NCBI GenBank assembly: GCA_965287045.1
Contig: OZ336878.1
Span: 104,222,001-104,286,000 of the forward strand
DNA from: Carcharhinus amblyrhynchos
Taxonomy: Eukaryota
Direction: 5' to 3'
Length of the DNA stretch: 64,000 nucleotides
The position numbers and the translations under genes were made by a program. Positions within the stretch are counted from its first letter, which is position 1. Each line of letters opens with the position of its first letter. Below, piece after piece: positions 54,101 through 61,439 of the stretch. The notes beneath the pieces are model-generated. The model ran no database searches. It had not been told where the DNA came from and saw only the letters and a program-made list of their open reading frames with translations.

Positions 54101-57100
54101 TTCTGCCAGATGTTTTAAATTTGATTTACCAGAAAGAAAGTTGTGCCAAGTTGCTTAACCAGCTCGTGGCTGCGTTCGTGCACCTCCTTCCTTTTCATTC
54201 AAGTGATGCTTATGACTCTAGCACATTGTTTGCAATTCACCTGTTCTTTTCAAACACTTTTACAGAAACCGCTGACATGAATTGCTTTTTAAACGTATTA
54301 TAAAAAATTTCAAATGCATTAATTCCAAATGAAGACTTTACATGTTTTTGATGCCTCCGATCTAGATGTTTTCCAACTCTGAGTCACTGGGCATAACTGC
54401 TAGACTCAGGAATACCAGTATTGCGTTTTGAAGATTAGTTCAGTAAACGGAAGGAAGCACATTTGATTTGCATTCGGCCTTCTCTTAAAATGGTCTGTGA
54501 GAAAAAAATGTACTTCAATCCCTCAACGCCTTCCAGCAGCTCAAAGATAACATTCAGAAGTGCAGAATCACGTAAGCTGTCACGAGTGTTTCTCAGAAAT
54601 GTGATTTGATTTGATTTATTACTGTCACATGTATTAGCAGACAGTTAGAAATATTGTTTCTCGCGTGTTATGCAGATAGAGCATACCGTTCATTGAGAAG
54701 GAAAATACAGAGTGCAGAATGTATCGTTCTTGTCATAGCTAGGGTGTGAAGAATGATTAACTTAATGCAAGATAGGTCCATTCAAAAGTCTGATGGCAGC
54801 ATGGGAGAAACTGCTCTTGAGTCGGTTGGTCTGTGACCTCAGACTTATGTATCATTTTCCCGACCGAAGAAAGTGGAAGGGAGAATATTCAGGGTGCGTA
54901 GGGTCCTTAATTGATTTGCCGAGGCAACGGGAAGAGCAGACAGAGTCAATGGATGGAAGGCTTGTTTGCGTGATGGATTGAATATATCGAGATGCGATCA
55001 TTGTTTCAGTGATAATTGTTTCCGATTATTACAAACTAAATGTGCCAGCGTTATATCTTACAGCATTGGCTTATCCAACTTGTCGTAATTGTTGAAAACT
55101 TGAACAATGTTACCTCATTTAATTTTCATTTAATTAACCATGAATGAAAGGTAAAATGAGTGCCTTGTTTTTCAAACGTTTTTCCTTTAAATAGTAGCAA
55201 CATTCCTGTGACGTTGTAAATTGTTCTGTTTAACTGCAATAGGGTGACGCTACGGAGGTCAAATGATGACATAAATGACAGAAATGTCGTGACTTACAAT
55301 GAGAAAAATGTATAGAATGTTGTGAATTTAACAAAATTAAACATAAAGCTTTGTTTATTGAACCCAGTTTGCCCAACTTCAAACAGTGAGGGAAAATTGT
55401 AGAAGTACGCTGTATATTTCAGATGCTATGTGTTTTTCTTTCTGAGTAGATCCCTGAATAGATAATGCAATTTTTTTGAAAGTGGTGACTTCTATATCAA
55501 AGACACCATTCTTATGCTTACCTATCTGTTTTTCAAACATTTGATTCTCTATGAGGAATTGATACATACTTTCAATATAAAATCAAGTAGAAATGCAATG
55601 CTATCTTTTCAGGTAAATCGAGGAGATAACTTTTTTCATGTCCCGTTCCACTTAATCAGATTTATGGAATTATTCTTGATCCGAAATTTTATAGGTTTAG
55701 CTCTTGTTATCTTGCTCACGAAATCACGGAATACCGAAACACAATCAGGAGCAGTAGAATCAACAGTTACATCCAGTTCAACATCATTGTCATAACCCTT
55801 TTGGTAAAAATTGTCCATAAGCTATGAAGGACTGATGCACCATTTTGACAGTAAGAAGTCTCACAACGCCAGGTTAAAGCCCAACAGGTTTATTTGTAGC
55901 AAATGCCACTACATTTCGGAAGTGGCTGTTCCTTCGTCAGGTGGACTTTTGGGCCAGAGTCATCGTGGCAAAATTTAAATTCAATGCAAGCTCTTGGAAG
56001 TAAATTTTTAACGAAGACCATTAAACAATTTTCTATGTGGTAAAAACACAACTCCTTCATTTATTCCCTTTAGGGAAGCGAATCTGTCGCCTTGGCCTCC
56101 AGGTGGCTCCCAACCACAGCAATGTAGATGAATCCCAGGTGCTCTCCGAAATTGCTTAGCAAGCCATTGACTTGTATCTAATCGCTACAATTAAAACAGA
56201 AATAAATGAAAGCAGTCAGACAACACAGCATCGTCATAGACACCGGATATGAAAAGGGGCTACCTAGTCCTGTTCATTCAGCAAAGTACACCATAATCGC
56301 ATGTAGGATTTGCGCCAAAATTGGAAGGTTCGTCTCATAATCCATTCCATCAGTAATCTGGCATAGTTTTACTCACGGAATCATTCCCTACAGACAATGA
56401 TCCAGACACCGCTATCAGCAATCGGCTCTTTGTCCTATTACACCAGAAGGACAGATCCAGCAGATGGGGTGGCACAGTTGGATACCGTTTAGAGGGAAAC
56501 CTCAGCATCGACTGCAGACCGTATCAAAATCTCATGGCATCAGGTCAGTCGTGGTTTTGCGCTGATTACGACATAGCGTCCCCCTTCAGCACAGAACGAG
56601 AATTCCTCTATTTTGAACAGCACATGGAGGAATCATTAAGGGCGGTAGCGGCGCAGAATATATTTGTTTGACGGACTTGAATTCCTATTAACGACAGTGG
56701 CTCTGTAGCATCATTTCAGAACAAGCTGGCCCGTTTCTAAAGGAAACAAACCATCGACGAGGACAGTGGCAGTTGATGAGTGAACAAACAAGAGGGAAGA
56801 TATATTTGACTTTATCCTTACCAAACTGCCTTCCTCAGATGTATCTGTCCTTGACAGTATCGATAGGAGTGAGCATCACACAGTCCTTATGGAAGCAACG
56901 TCCCGTTTTCACACCGAGAATGCCCTCCATCGTGTTGTGTGGTACCGCCATCGTTCTAAGTGCGATTGGTTGCGAACGGACCTAGCAAACCAAGACGGGA
57001 CATCCATGTGACTCTAATAGCTAACAGCAGCAACAGAATCAAGCATCAAGACAACATTTGACAGAGTGACGCATCACAATGCCCCAGCAAAACTTAGCCA

Positions 57101-60100
57101 TAATCTGTAATTTCATAGTTCGACATGTGCTCTACTCTATAATTACTACCATGACAGTTGGTCAGCCTTGGTTTATGAAGAGTGCAAAAGGTCATGGCAG
57201 GAGCAGCATTCCTAAAATGAGCTAACAACCTGATGAAGCCACAGTTTAGGGCTCCATGTGTGCTGAAAAAACATAACTGACAAGTATTAGAGTTTACCAA
57301 TTCTTCAGCAGTGGATAAGTTTTAATCACTACAGTCCTGTCACCCAGTTGTGAATGGTGGTACATGATTAACCAACGCACTGAAGGAGGAGGAAATATTC
57401 AGAACCTCAATGCTGCAGGAGTTCTAAAAGTATGTAAAGCCATTCTCAACAATCTTCAGTCAGAAGTGCCAAAAATATCGTAGAATCTCTATAGTGCAGG
57501 AGAGGCCATTCTGCCCGACATCCTTGCACGGATTTGGGGCGGCAGGGTAGGACAGTGATTAGCACTGCTGCTTCACAGCTCCAGGGACCTGGGTTCGATT
57601 TCCGACTTGGGACAGTGTCTATGTGGAGTTTGCACATTCACCCCGTGTCTGCGTGGGTTTCCTCCAGGTGATCCGGTTTCCTCCCACAGGGTTTCATCCC
57701 TATGCTCGGGATGCACTGGGTTCCTTCCATAGGGTTTCCTCCCTGATCAAAAATTGCCCCTTAGTGTCCTGAGATGCATAGGCTAGAGTGATTAGCGGGT
57801 AAATGTGTTGGGATATGGGGTTAGGGCCTTGGTGGGATTGTGGTCTGCGCAGACTTGATGGGTCAGATAGCCTTTTTCTGCATTGTAGGGTTTCTATAAT
57901 TCTTTCTATGGTTCTTTAACATTGTATCTCTCCCTGACCCTTTCCCCATCCTACCCCCAGAAAATCTCACATATCCAAGTCTAATCCAACTAACCTATAA
58001 ATTCAGGAACACTATGTGCTAGGTTAGAATGGCTTCAAATCCAACTAACATGTGTATCTTTGGATTGTGGGAGGAAAATGGAGTACCCTGCCGAAACTCT
58101 CTCGAGCTGTGAGACAGTTGTGATAACCACTGTGCCAACATGCCACCCCCATTATCCGTCATGGCCTCATTCAGAGATGCGCAACATTCCAGAAATCAGT
58201 CTTAAAAAAATTAGACTCGCTGCGCATGATATCAAGAAAAGGCAGAAGGCATAGGATACTGCAAATGCTATGGACTCTTACAATAATCCAGTAACAGCAC
58301 AGTAGTGGTGACCCTGACCTTGCTATGCCCCTGGTCAAGCTGTTCCAGTATAGCTGCAGCAAAAACATCTTCTCCACAATGTGGAACCCTATCGAGGTAT
58401 ATCTTATACATTAGAAATCAGGGCAAATCTAACCGGGCGAGCTAATGCCCCATTAGTCTACTCTCAATCCACAGTGAAGTGATGGAATGGATTCGCAAGA
58501 ATGCTGTGAAGCTGAACTTATTCTGCAATGAGCTGTTAATTTTCTCTCAGTTAGGTCCCGCCATGTAACTCAGCTCTATGCTTCCATTGCTGATTTCGTT
58601 CAAACATGGACAAAGGAGCCTATTTCCAGAGGTGAGGCCATAGCCACTTTCCTGAACATCAAGGCAGCATTTGACCGAGTATGGCATCAAAACGCCCCGG
58701 GAATCTCAACTCTGTGGGAATCAGGGATCAGGGTCAAATCAGGGCCCTTGATCTTCAATGTTATTACTAAGGCTGAATCCCACGCTATGAACATCCCTGG
58801 GGTTTATCATTAATTATACACGGATCTAGATTTGTCCAATATGCATACTATTGGTAGAAGAGCAGGTCAAAAGCGAGGAAGCCTGCAGAGAGAAACTCCG
58901 CTCCAAATTCTGCAAACCATGTCCAACATCTATACAGCATGTCTCTGGTGTGTGATGGAATATTCTCCACTTTCCTAGAGACCTCAACAATACTGGTTCG
59001 TTGCCACCTCTTCAACAAACGTTCAAACCTTCCCAGTAAACTTTGGCAGCAACGTGTAACGTCTACATAATGCACTGCAGGGATTCATGAAAATTCCGCA
59101 GGTAACACAATCCGAACCCATGGGAACTATAACATAGAACGATAATGATTACAATTACCTGGAAGACTCTTCAACGTTATTCATCAACCTGGTATGGAAA
59201 TTTATCGCTGTTCGTTCACTGTCGCTATGCGCTAGGTAAACGTTCCGGTATTCCCTCCCTAACATCACGATGGGATTGCAGTGGTGCAAGAAGGCAACTA
59301 ACTACCACCTTCCCAAGGGCAACGAGAGATGGGAAATGAATGATGGCCGAGCCAGAGACATCCACCTTCCCGAAACAAATAAAATGATTATAATTCTGAG
59401 TTCAAACATTTTCAATGACAATTTTGAAGCGAAACTGGGAAGAGGTCGTGAAGTATAGAGCTGAATTTAATGAAGCTTGCAGCGTAGTTATTATATCGGA
59501 GTGGTTAAGAGCGCGTTGTGGGGAAAAGCGATGACAAGCCACCCCTGCTGATTCCTGATTCAGGATATTTTTGTTTAATTGGCTTTCGTATGGAGTCGCT
59601 CAAGGACAATTGGCCCTGTGCCCAGCGGATTTGGGTGGTGGTTCGCTAAGTTATTTGATCAAGCATGGACCTCCCCTGCCTCCTAACGACGGTCCAATAA
59701 TCCCTGTCAGGTTTTCTTGTGGCCTTGTAGGGAGGGTTTCTTGTTTACATATACTCATTGCCCAATCCAGGACAAAACATCGGGAAAAATCGATAAGATT
59801 TGCTCGGTGCATGCAAACATTTAATTGAATTTAAGCAAAATAGTTTTGTGCTGAGGAGAGGAAAAGAAAAACATTTTGTTCAGTCGCTTGCATTTCACCT
59901 GCAATCAGCAGAATTGCAGTACATGTTGCATGTCAAACAATTAATGTATCCATTGGGCCCAGTTTACACCTGTTCACAATTTCTGTGCCACATTGTGTTA
60001 ATTTCATAAAGGATTCAACTTCGATTAATATATTTTTGTAGTCACAAAAAGGTTTAATTTGCATCAAAACGCACACAAGGCCTGAAAATTATGCAATAAT

Positions 60101-60196
60101 TTCAGCCTTTCGCCTGCAATACTTTCACAGTCGATATGTTCCTAATAACCCTCATGTTAGTGATTTATTCACCTGTATCTTGACACCTCTTCAATT
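107..60196 (-). CDS. Internal part of an unnamed micro-exon gene encoding a coiled-coil-like protein (span of exons listed individually below)
   Basis: At least 20 short exons on one strand, each with pyrimidine tract+AG and GT, length a multiple of 3, open in phase 1, almost all starting with A and ending with G. Spliced reading: ELKRCQDT-ENQMFEKQI-ELENRIKMS-DKQIEIKDK-EKTELTKMLQIS-EKKLTDAKK-DQDTKYKTD-DERLIQLRA-ELQKLREVT-KQQLLAKDN-ELNAALLNQQDK-ENRLSNKTA-EMNKLKQTIQTL-ESQLQDASH-ELEKCEKLQQLS-...-EQKRTIENL-EIQLREKAK-EYENTKRSLVDS-EKLLKDKEN-ELSISERNLSLA-EIKLNEKEA. Confidence 0.75.
340..375 (-). CDS. 36-nt micro-exon, type B (ELSISERNLSLA)
   Basis: ttttttttttcag|AACTC...TTGCAG|gtaccg; fits A/B alternation; alternative in-frame donor at 264. 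Confidence 0.62.
1360..2245 (-). mobile_element. Unclassified ~0.9-kb insertion, possibly a solo LTR
   Basis: Interrupts the PLE; TG...CA ends possible; minus-strand AATAAA about 100 nt from one end; no TSD found. Confidence 0.3.
2566..2840 (+). mobile_element. tRNA-derived SINE (HE1/V-SINE-like)
   Basis: ggcacgg...agcactgctgtctcacagc head, B box gggttcgattcc, same family as many other copies here. Confidence 0.8.
2845..3290 (-). mobile_element. RTE/BovB-like LINE 3' fragment
   Basis: RRSHEGQKKRFKDTLKATLKSLDIDTTTWETLAQ is characteristic of the RTE-clade ORF C-terminus. Confidence 0.8.
4045..4071 (-). CDS. 27-nt micro-exon, type A (EKLLKDKEN)
   Basis: cttttcctcaacag|AAAAACTTCTGAAAGACAAAGAAAACG|gtaaac. 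Confidence 0.72.
4772..4807 (-). CDS. 36-nt micro-exon, type B (EYENTKRSLVDS)
   Basis: tttcgatttatttcag|AATATG...GACAGTG|gtgagt; found where the alternation predicted a 36-nt exon. Confidence 0.75.
4835..5335 (-). mobile_element. CR1 LINE 3' fragment (decayed)
   Basis: Colinear with the intact CR1 3' end at 8740-9270. Confidence 0.85.
7420..8595. mobile_element. GC/CpG-rich non-coding insertion, probably a non-autonomous DNA transposon, inside an old LINE remnant
   Basis: Sharp composition change, imperfect GGGC(A)...GCCC termini, internal C-rich minisatellite-like repeats 7740-8250. Confidence 0.5.
8738..9270 (-). mobile_element. Young 5'-truncated CR1 LINE (ORF2 C-terminus + 3' UTR)
   Basis: Intact ORF ALEGVQRRFTRLIP...TRGHSLKI...FFTQRVVNLWNSLP; (aagaacat)n tail. 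Confidence 0.95.
10304..10330 (-). CDS. 27-nt micro-exon, type A (EIQLREKAK)
   Basis: ctgatcgcag|AAATACAACTCAGGGAAAAAGCGAAGG|gtaaga. Confidence 0.7.
11160..11655. mobile_element. CR1 3' fragment with inverted 5' segment
   Basis: 11160-11395 is CR1 on minus, 11390-11655 is the contiguous downstream CR1 part on plus. Confidence 0.7.
12356..12382 (-). CDS. 27-nt micro-exon, short type B (EQKRTIENL)
   Basis: atctctttctttag|AACAAAAGAGAACAATAGAGAATTTGG|gtagga; resembles the end of EMNKLKQTIQTL. Confidence 0.6.
12809..13051 (+). mobile_element. Penelope-like terminal repeat insertion forming a ~101-bp inverted repeat
   Basis: Arms 12809-12909 / 12918-13018; flanking duplication taatggttctact at 12796-12808 and 13052-13064; CTGAnGA...GAAA core. 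Confidence 0.8.
13640..14440 (+). mobile_element. Highly decayed CR1 remnant with nested SINE (13970-14300, +)
   Basis: gaaaaggtgcagcgaagttt (QRRF-like) and SINE head/tail ccttctgcactgtaggg. Confidence 0.65.
14995..15325 (-). mobile_element. HE1/V-SINE-like SINE
   Basis: Reverse complement of family head (cactgtgccaccgtg) and CR1-like tail. Confidence 0.8.
15680..15703 (-). CDS. Candidate 24-nt micro-exon (VTTFKENK)
   Basis: ctgctccattag|TGACAACGTTCAAAGAAAATAAAG|gtaatt; only phase 1 is open. Confidence 0.45.
15915..16225 (-). mobile_element. HE1/V-SINE-like SINE (second tail type)
   Basis: Same family as 19145-19445, 26255-26515, 37835-38150, 46230-46535, 61800-62095. Confidence 0.8.
16809..16835 (-). 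CDS. Candidate 27-nt micro-exon (GADVLRLQL)
   Basis: tctgttctatttcag|GTGCTG...CAACTCG|gttaag; donor moderate. Confidence 0.45.
17323..17340 (-). CDS. Candidate 18-nt micro-exon (xKQSSY)
   Basis: ctcctttttggttttcag|TGAAGCAATCTTCGTATG|gtaaga; strong splice sites, open in phase 1. Confidence 0.55.
19145..19445 (+). mobile_element. HE1/V-SINE-like SINE
   Basis: tggcacagttgttagcgctgctg head; tgtgtggagtctgcacgttctcccc core. Confidence 0.8.
20161..20410 (-). mobile_element. Penelope-like terminal repeat insertion forming a 101-bp inverted repeat, inside an old LINE remnant (~19640-20580)
   Basis: Arms 20201-20301 / 20309-20409; 11-bp TSD tggatctagat at 20150-20160 and 20411-20421. Confidence 0.85.
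21841..21867 (-). CDS. Candidate 27-nt micro-exon (EPAESSSAN)
   Basis: tattttactaaag|AACCAG...CCAATT|gtaagt; AAG acceptor, peptide not coiled-coil-like. Confidence 0.35.
23560..27070 (+). mobile_element. Decayed CR1 LINE ORF2 with nested SINEs (24375-24775, 26255-26515) and Rex/Babar fragment
   Basis: LDLVL...LGRSEHSMLEF; YRP..TSVVGKLL; QHG..K.KQCLTNL; W.M..NVDKC..IHFG; 3' UTR. Confidence 0.9.
25925..26790 (+). mobile_element. Rex1/Babar-like LINE 3' fragment
   Basis: KKAHHRFYFLRK..KFG...TIESILSGCITAW; tail aataaatc(aaatc)n; related tails at 32620-32800 (+) and 54600-54980 (-). Confidence 0.75.
27615..27650 (-). CDS. 36-nt micro-exon, type B (ELEKCEKLQQLS)
   Basis: ctttttaacttttcag|AGCTCG...CTGAGCG|gtgagt. 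Confidence 0.78.
28024..28050 (-). CDS. 27-nt micro-exon, type A (ESQLQDASH)
   Basis: ttcctatttcatag|AGTCACAACTTCAAGATGCAAGTCATG|gtaaaa. Confidence 0.72.
28550..28895 (+). mobile_element. DeuSINE/SacSINE1-like SINE
   Basis: tRNA-like head, central gttcactaatgtcctttagg-like domain, tail caataaatgctggcc shared with the old LINE family; partial copies at 24375, 47395, 55960. Confidence 0.55.
29210..30450 (-). mobile_element. Old decayed LINE 3' part
   Basis: Reverse complement of the family at 55960-59385 and 40560-42300. Confidence 0.75.
29973..30233. repeat. Two abutting near-perfect inverted repeats (59-bp and 58-bp arms)
   Basis: 29973-30031/30053-30111 (3 mismatches) and 30110-30167/30176-30233 (1 mismatch). 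Confidence 0.95.
31130..32000 (-). mobile_element. Decayed CR1 3' fragment
   Basis: CR1 ORF2 C-terminal/3' UTR similarity; C-run expansion at 31495-31560. Confidence 0.75.
32840..34170 (+). mobile_element. Decayed CR1 LINE (RT to 3' end)
   Basis: NYRPVSL.S.VGK; QHGFV.GRSCLTNL; KF.DDTK; L.LLSLEKQRLREDL. Confidence 0.9.
34393..34428 (-). CDS. 36-nt micro-exon, type B (EMNKLKQTIQTL)
   Basis: cttctttaatctttcag|AAATGA...ACTTTAG|gtgaaa. Confidence 0.75.
34800..38350 (+). mobile_element. Decayed near-full CR1 (esterase-like ORF1 end, EN, RT) with nested SINEs (35530-35860 +, 37835-38150 -) and PLE fragment (36210-36312)
   Basis: VVHIGTND (ORF1 esterase-like motif) at ~34945-34970; KSPG.D.LH; NYRPV.LT; FKFADNTK; CR1 3' UTR. 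Confidence 0.88.
39041..39067 (-). CDS. 27-nt micro-exon, type A (ENRLSNKTA)
   Basis: gcattttgttttag|AAAATCGACTTTCGAACAAAACTGCAG|gtatat. Confidence 0.72.
39485..39520 (-). CDS. 36-nt micro-exon, type B (ELNAALLNQQDK)
   Basis: tttttgttttgataatag|AATTGA...GATAAAG|gtgagc. Confidence 0.75.
39973..39999 (-). CDS. 27-nt micro-exon, type A ([E/K]QQLLAKDN)
   Basis: attatttttcag|AGCAGCAACTGCTTGCCAAAGACAATG|gtactt. Confidence 0.68.
40050..42800. mobile_element. Nested old LINE remnants (plus-strand copy ~40560-42300 inside a minus-strand copy); 66-bp PLE fragment at 40979-41044
   Basis: Same family as 55960-59385; PLE piece flanked by acttttc(c/t)gagatt duplication. Confidence 0.7.
43590..44480 (+). 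mobile_element. Old decayed LINE 3' fragment
   Basis: Ends in aagggcaattgaggagggg aaataaat, the family tail. Confidence 0.6.
44710..44736 (-). CDS. 27-nt micro-exon, short type B (ELQKLREVT)
   Basis: atcttcttcatcag|AACTTCAAAAACTTCGTGAAGTCACAA|gttagt. Confidence 0.62.
44878..44904 (-). CDS. 27-nt micro-exon, type A (DERLIQLRA)
   Basis: ttccattttgcag|ATGAGAGGTTGATCCAACTGAGGGCAG|gtaatg. Confidence 0.72.
45030..47210 (-). mobile_element. Two very decayed CR1 3' remnants with nested SINE (46230-46535)
   Basis: Recognisable CR1 3' motifs on minus strand. Confidence 0.55.
48185..48500 (+). mobile_element. Well-preserved HE1/V-SINE-like SINE
   Basis: ggcacggtggcacagtggttagcactgctgcctcacagc...gggtttcctccgggtgctccggtttcctcccacagtcc...ccttctgcactgtagg. 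Confidence 0.9.
48610..48636 (-). CDS. 27-nt micro-exon (DQDTKYKTD)
   Basis: ttgctctcgctcag|ACCAGGACACGAAATACAAAACCGATG|gtaagt. Confidence 0.7.
48781..48807 (-). CDS. 27-nt micro-exon, type A (EKKLTDAKK)
   Basis: tgtttcgcaacag|AAAAAAAGCTCACTGACGCCAAGAAAG|gtaaaa. Confidence 0.72.
50268..50303 (-). CDS. 36-nt micro-exon, type B (EKTELTKMLQIS)
   Basis: ttttctctttttcag|AAAAAAC...ATTTCAG|gtaagt; consensus splice sites, only phase 1 open. Confidence 0.8.
51140..51590 (-). mobile_element. CR1 3' fragment
   Basis: SRTRG...FKTEVR...SQVVVNLWSSL. Confidence 0.85.
51750..52060 (-). mobile_element. HE1/V-SINE-like SINE
   Basis: Reverse complement of 48185-48500 family. Confidence 0.88.
52194..52220 (-). 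CDS. 27-nt micro-exon, type A (DKQIEIKDK)
   Basis: attgtctttacag|ACAAACAGATTGAAATAAAAGACAAAG|gtaatg. Confidence 0.74.
53895..53921 (-). CDS. 27-nt micro-exon, short type B (ELENRIKMS)
   Basis: ttttgtttggataacag|AACTAGAAAATCGTATAAAAATGTCAG|gtttgt. Confidence 0.65.
55522..55548 (-). CDS. 27-nt micro-exon, type A (ENQMFEKQI)
   Basis: caattcctcatag|AGAATCAAATGTTTGAAAAACAGATAG|gtaagc. Confidence 0.7.
   Translation of the reverse strand, partial: RIKCLKNR
55850..55945 (-). mobile_element. Penelope-like terminal repeat fragment
   Basis: Single arm homologous to 12809-12909. Confidence 0.8.
55960..59385 (+). mobile_element. Old decayed LINE (EN + RT, CR1-superfamily-like) with two nested SINEs (57478-58150)
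   Basis: IKAAFDRVWH at ~58655-58690; KA(M)..DN.P-like and PISLLS motifs; family 3' tail; plus SINE 57538-57905 inside a minus SINE. Confidence 0.8.
60173..60196 (-). CDS. 24-nt micro-exon (ELKRCQDT)
   Basis: tttctcattaccag|AATTGAAGAGGTGTCAAGATACAG|gtgaat. Confidence 0.62.
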
Positions 60197-61439
60197 CTGG
60201 TAATGAGAAATATTTATATATTTTAGTTCTGCGATTAAATGTATGTTTGGTATTTATTACCATGTGTTAGCATTGCAGAAAAATGAAACGTTTTCCTTTG
60301 CATTAATGAAATGATCCCAAATCTATTGTGATCATAATGAATACATTCATGTAATTTCAAATCAACGGAAAATATTCGTCAACAAATAGTGGAGGCATTC
60401 TCCGGCCGCGCTCAATTGAAAATCGGATATTCCCGAGCGAACTCATTGGATATTTACATGGTCTGTCCCCCGCCATCTTGTATTCCAGTGGCGGGCTGGA
60501 GTGTAGAATTCCGGTTATAATTTCAACATTATTTAATAACTGAATTTGGAAAAATCCTGCAGTTCTTCCATTGCAACAAAGCTCCAGCAAAGTAAATATT
60601 ACGGAGATGATCTATTAGAAGCGGTTTGGTGCGAACTTTCCAGTTCCGCCCGCCACGGGAACCGTAGCGGACGCGGGGTGGACCATGGAAAAGTCCGTTG
60701 ACTTCGACGTAAATTTCCAGTTTCGGGACGACAGCGTCCGGAAAAACTCACCCCCGATTCAGCAAGAGAAATGTAAAAAATTGCAAGAAAATTAAAATCA
60801 GTTTGAATATCCTATTGAAGAGCTCATTTTGTAAATGACAGTTAAGCGTCGTTTGTTAAAAAAAAATTACTAAAAGGTAAATGTGACTAAAGTACGCTGG
60901 GATGCTGAGCAACTATCGCGTATGTATCAGTTAGATCTTTGAAATGAACACTATCATACTTCCCAAGGGGTGTCTCGCTTCTTTATTTTCAATTCTATCC
61001 TTTTTAATATTTCATTAATTTGCAGCTCTCCAAAACCACTTCTTATTTTTCTGTTGCATCTCGATATGCTCGTTGTCACTGTTACATTGCAATTCAGCCT
61101 CTATATGTTTTCAAACGTAGCTATTTGGTTCCATTACTCTTCCTATTTCCATTTCTTTCTCAATCGAATCTGAGATTATGCTATCTATGTTGGTTTTGGT
61201 GAAGTCCGAACATCGATAACCTGTAGACATGCACATCAAATAATTAAGAAGGCATGGAAAACCTAGGTGCATTTCCTTATATTCAACAGGAGGTTATGAT
61301 CCATTTCCATTAGAAACGGGCCGATAAATTGGCTTTTTTGATGTGATCTAAAATTCATCTTAAATATGTCCACTTAGCTGTTTGTGTCAATGTAAATGAC
61401 AAACAATTCCTAAATTTCTATTGATTTAGAAAAGACCTT

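Noticed and set aside
640-61260. Apparent degenerate CD2/SLAM-like IgV, IgC2 and transmembrane exons on the minus strand (e.g. 55522-55821, 21445-21724, 11911-12190 IYSC, 14590-14951 YVCQVSS, 43162-43400 YYC, 54000-54102)
   Set aside because: Each needs several frameshifts, stops and loss of invariant Cys/Trp. At least one of their donors (55521) is better explained by a micro-exon, and T-rich introns translate as hydrophobic by chance. Likely pareidolia; a frameshift-aware Ig HMM search would settle it.
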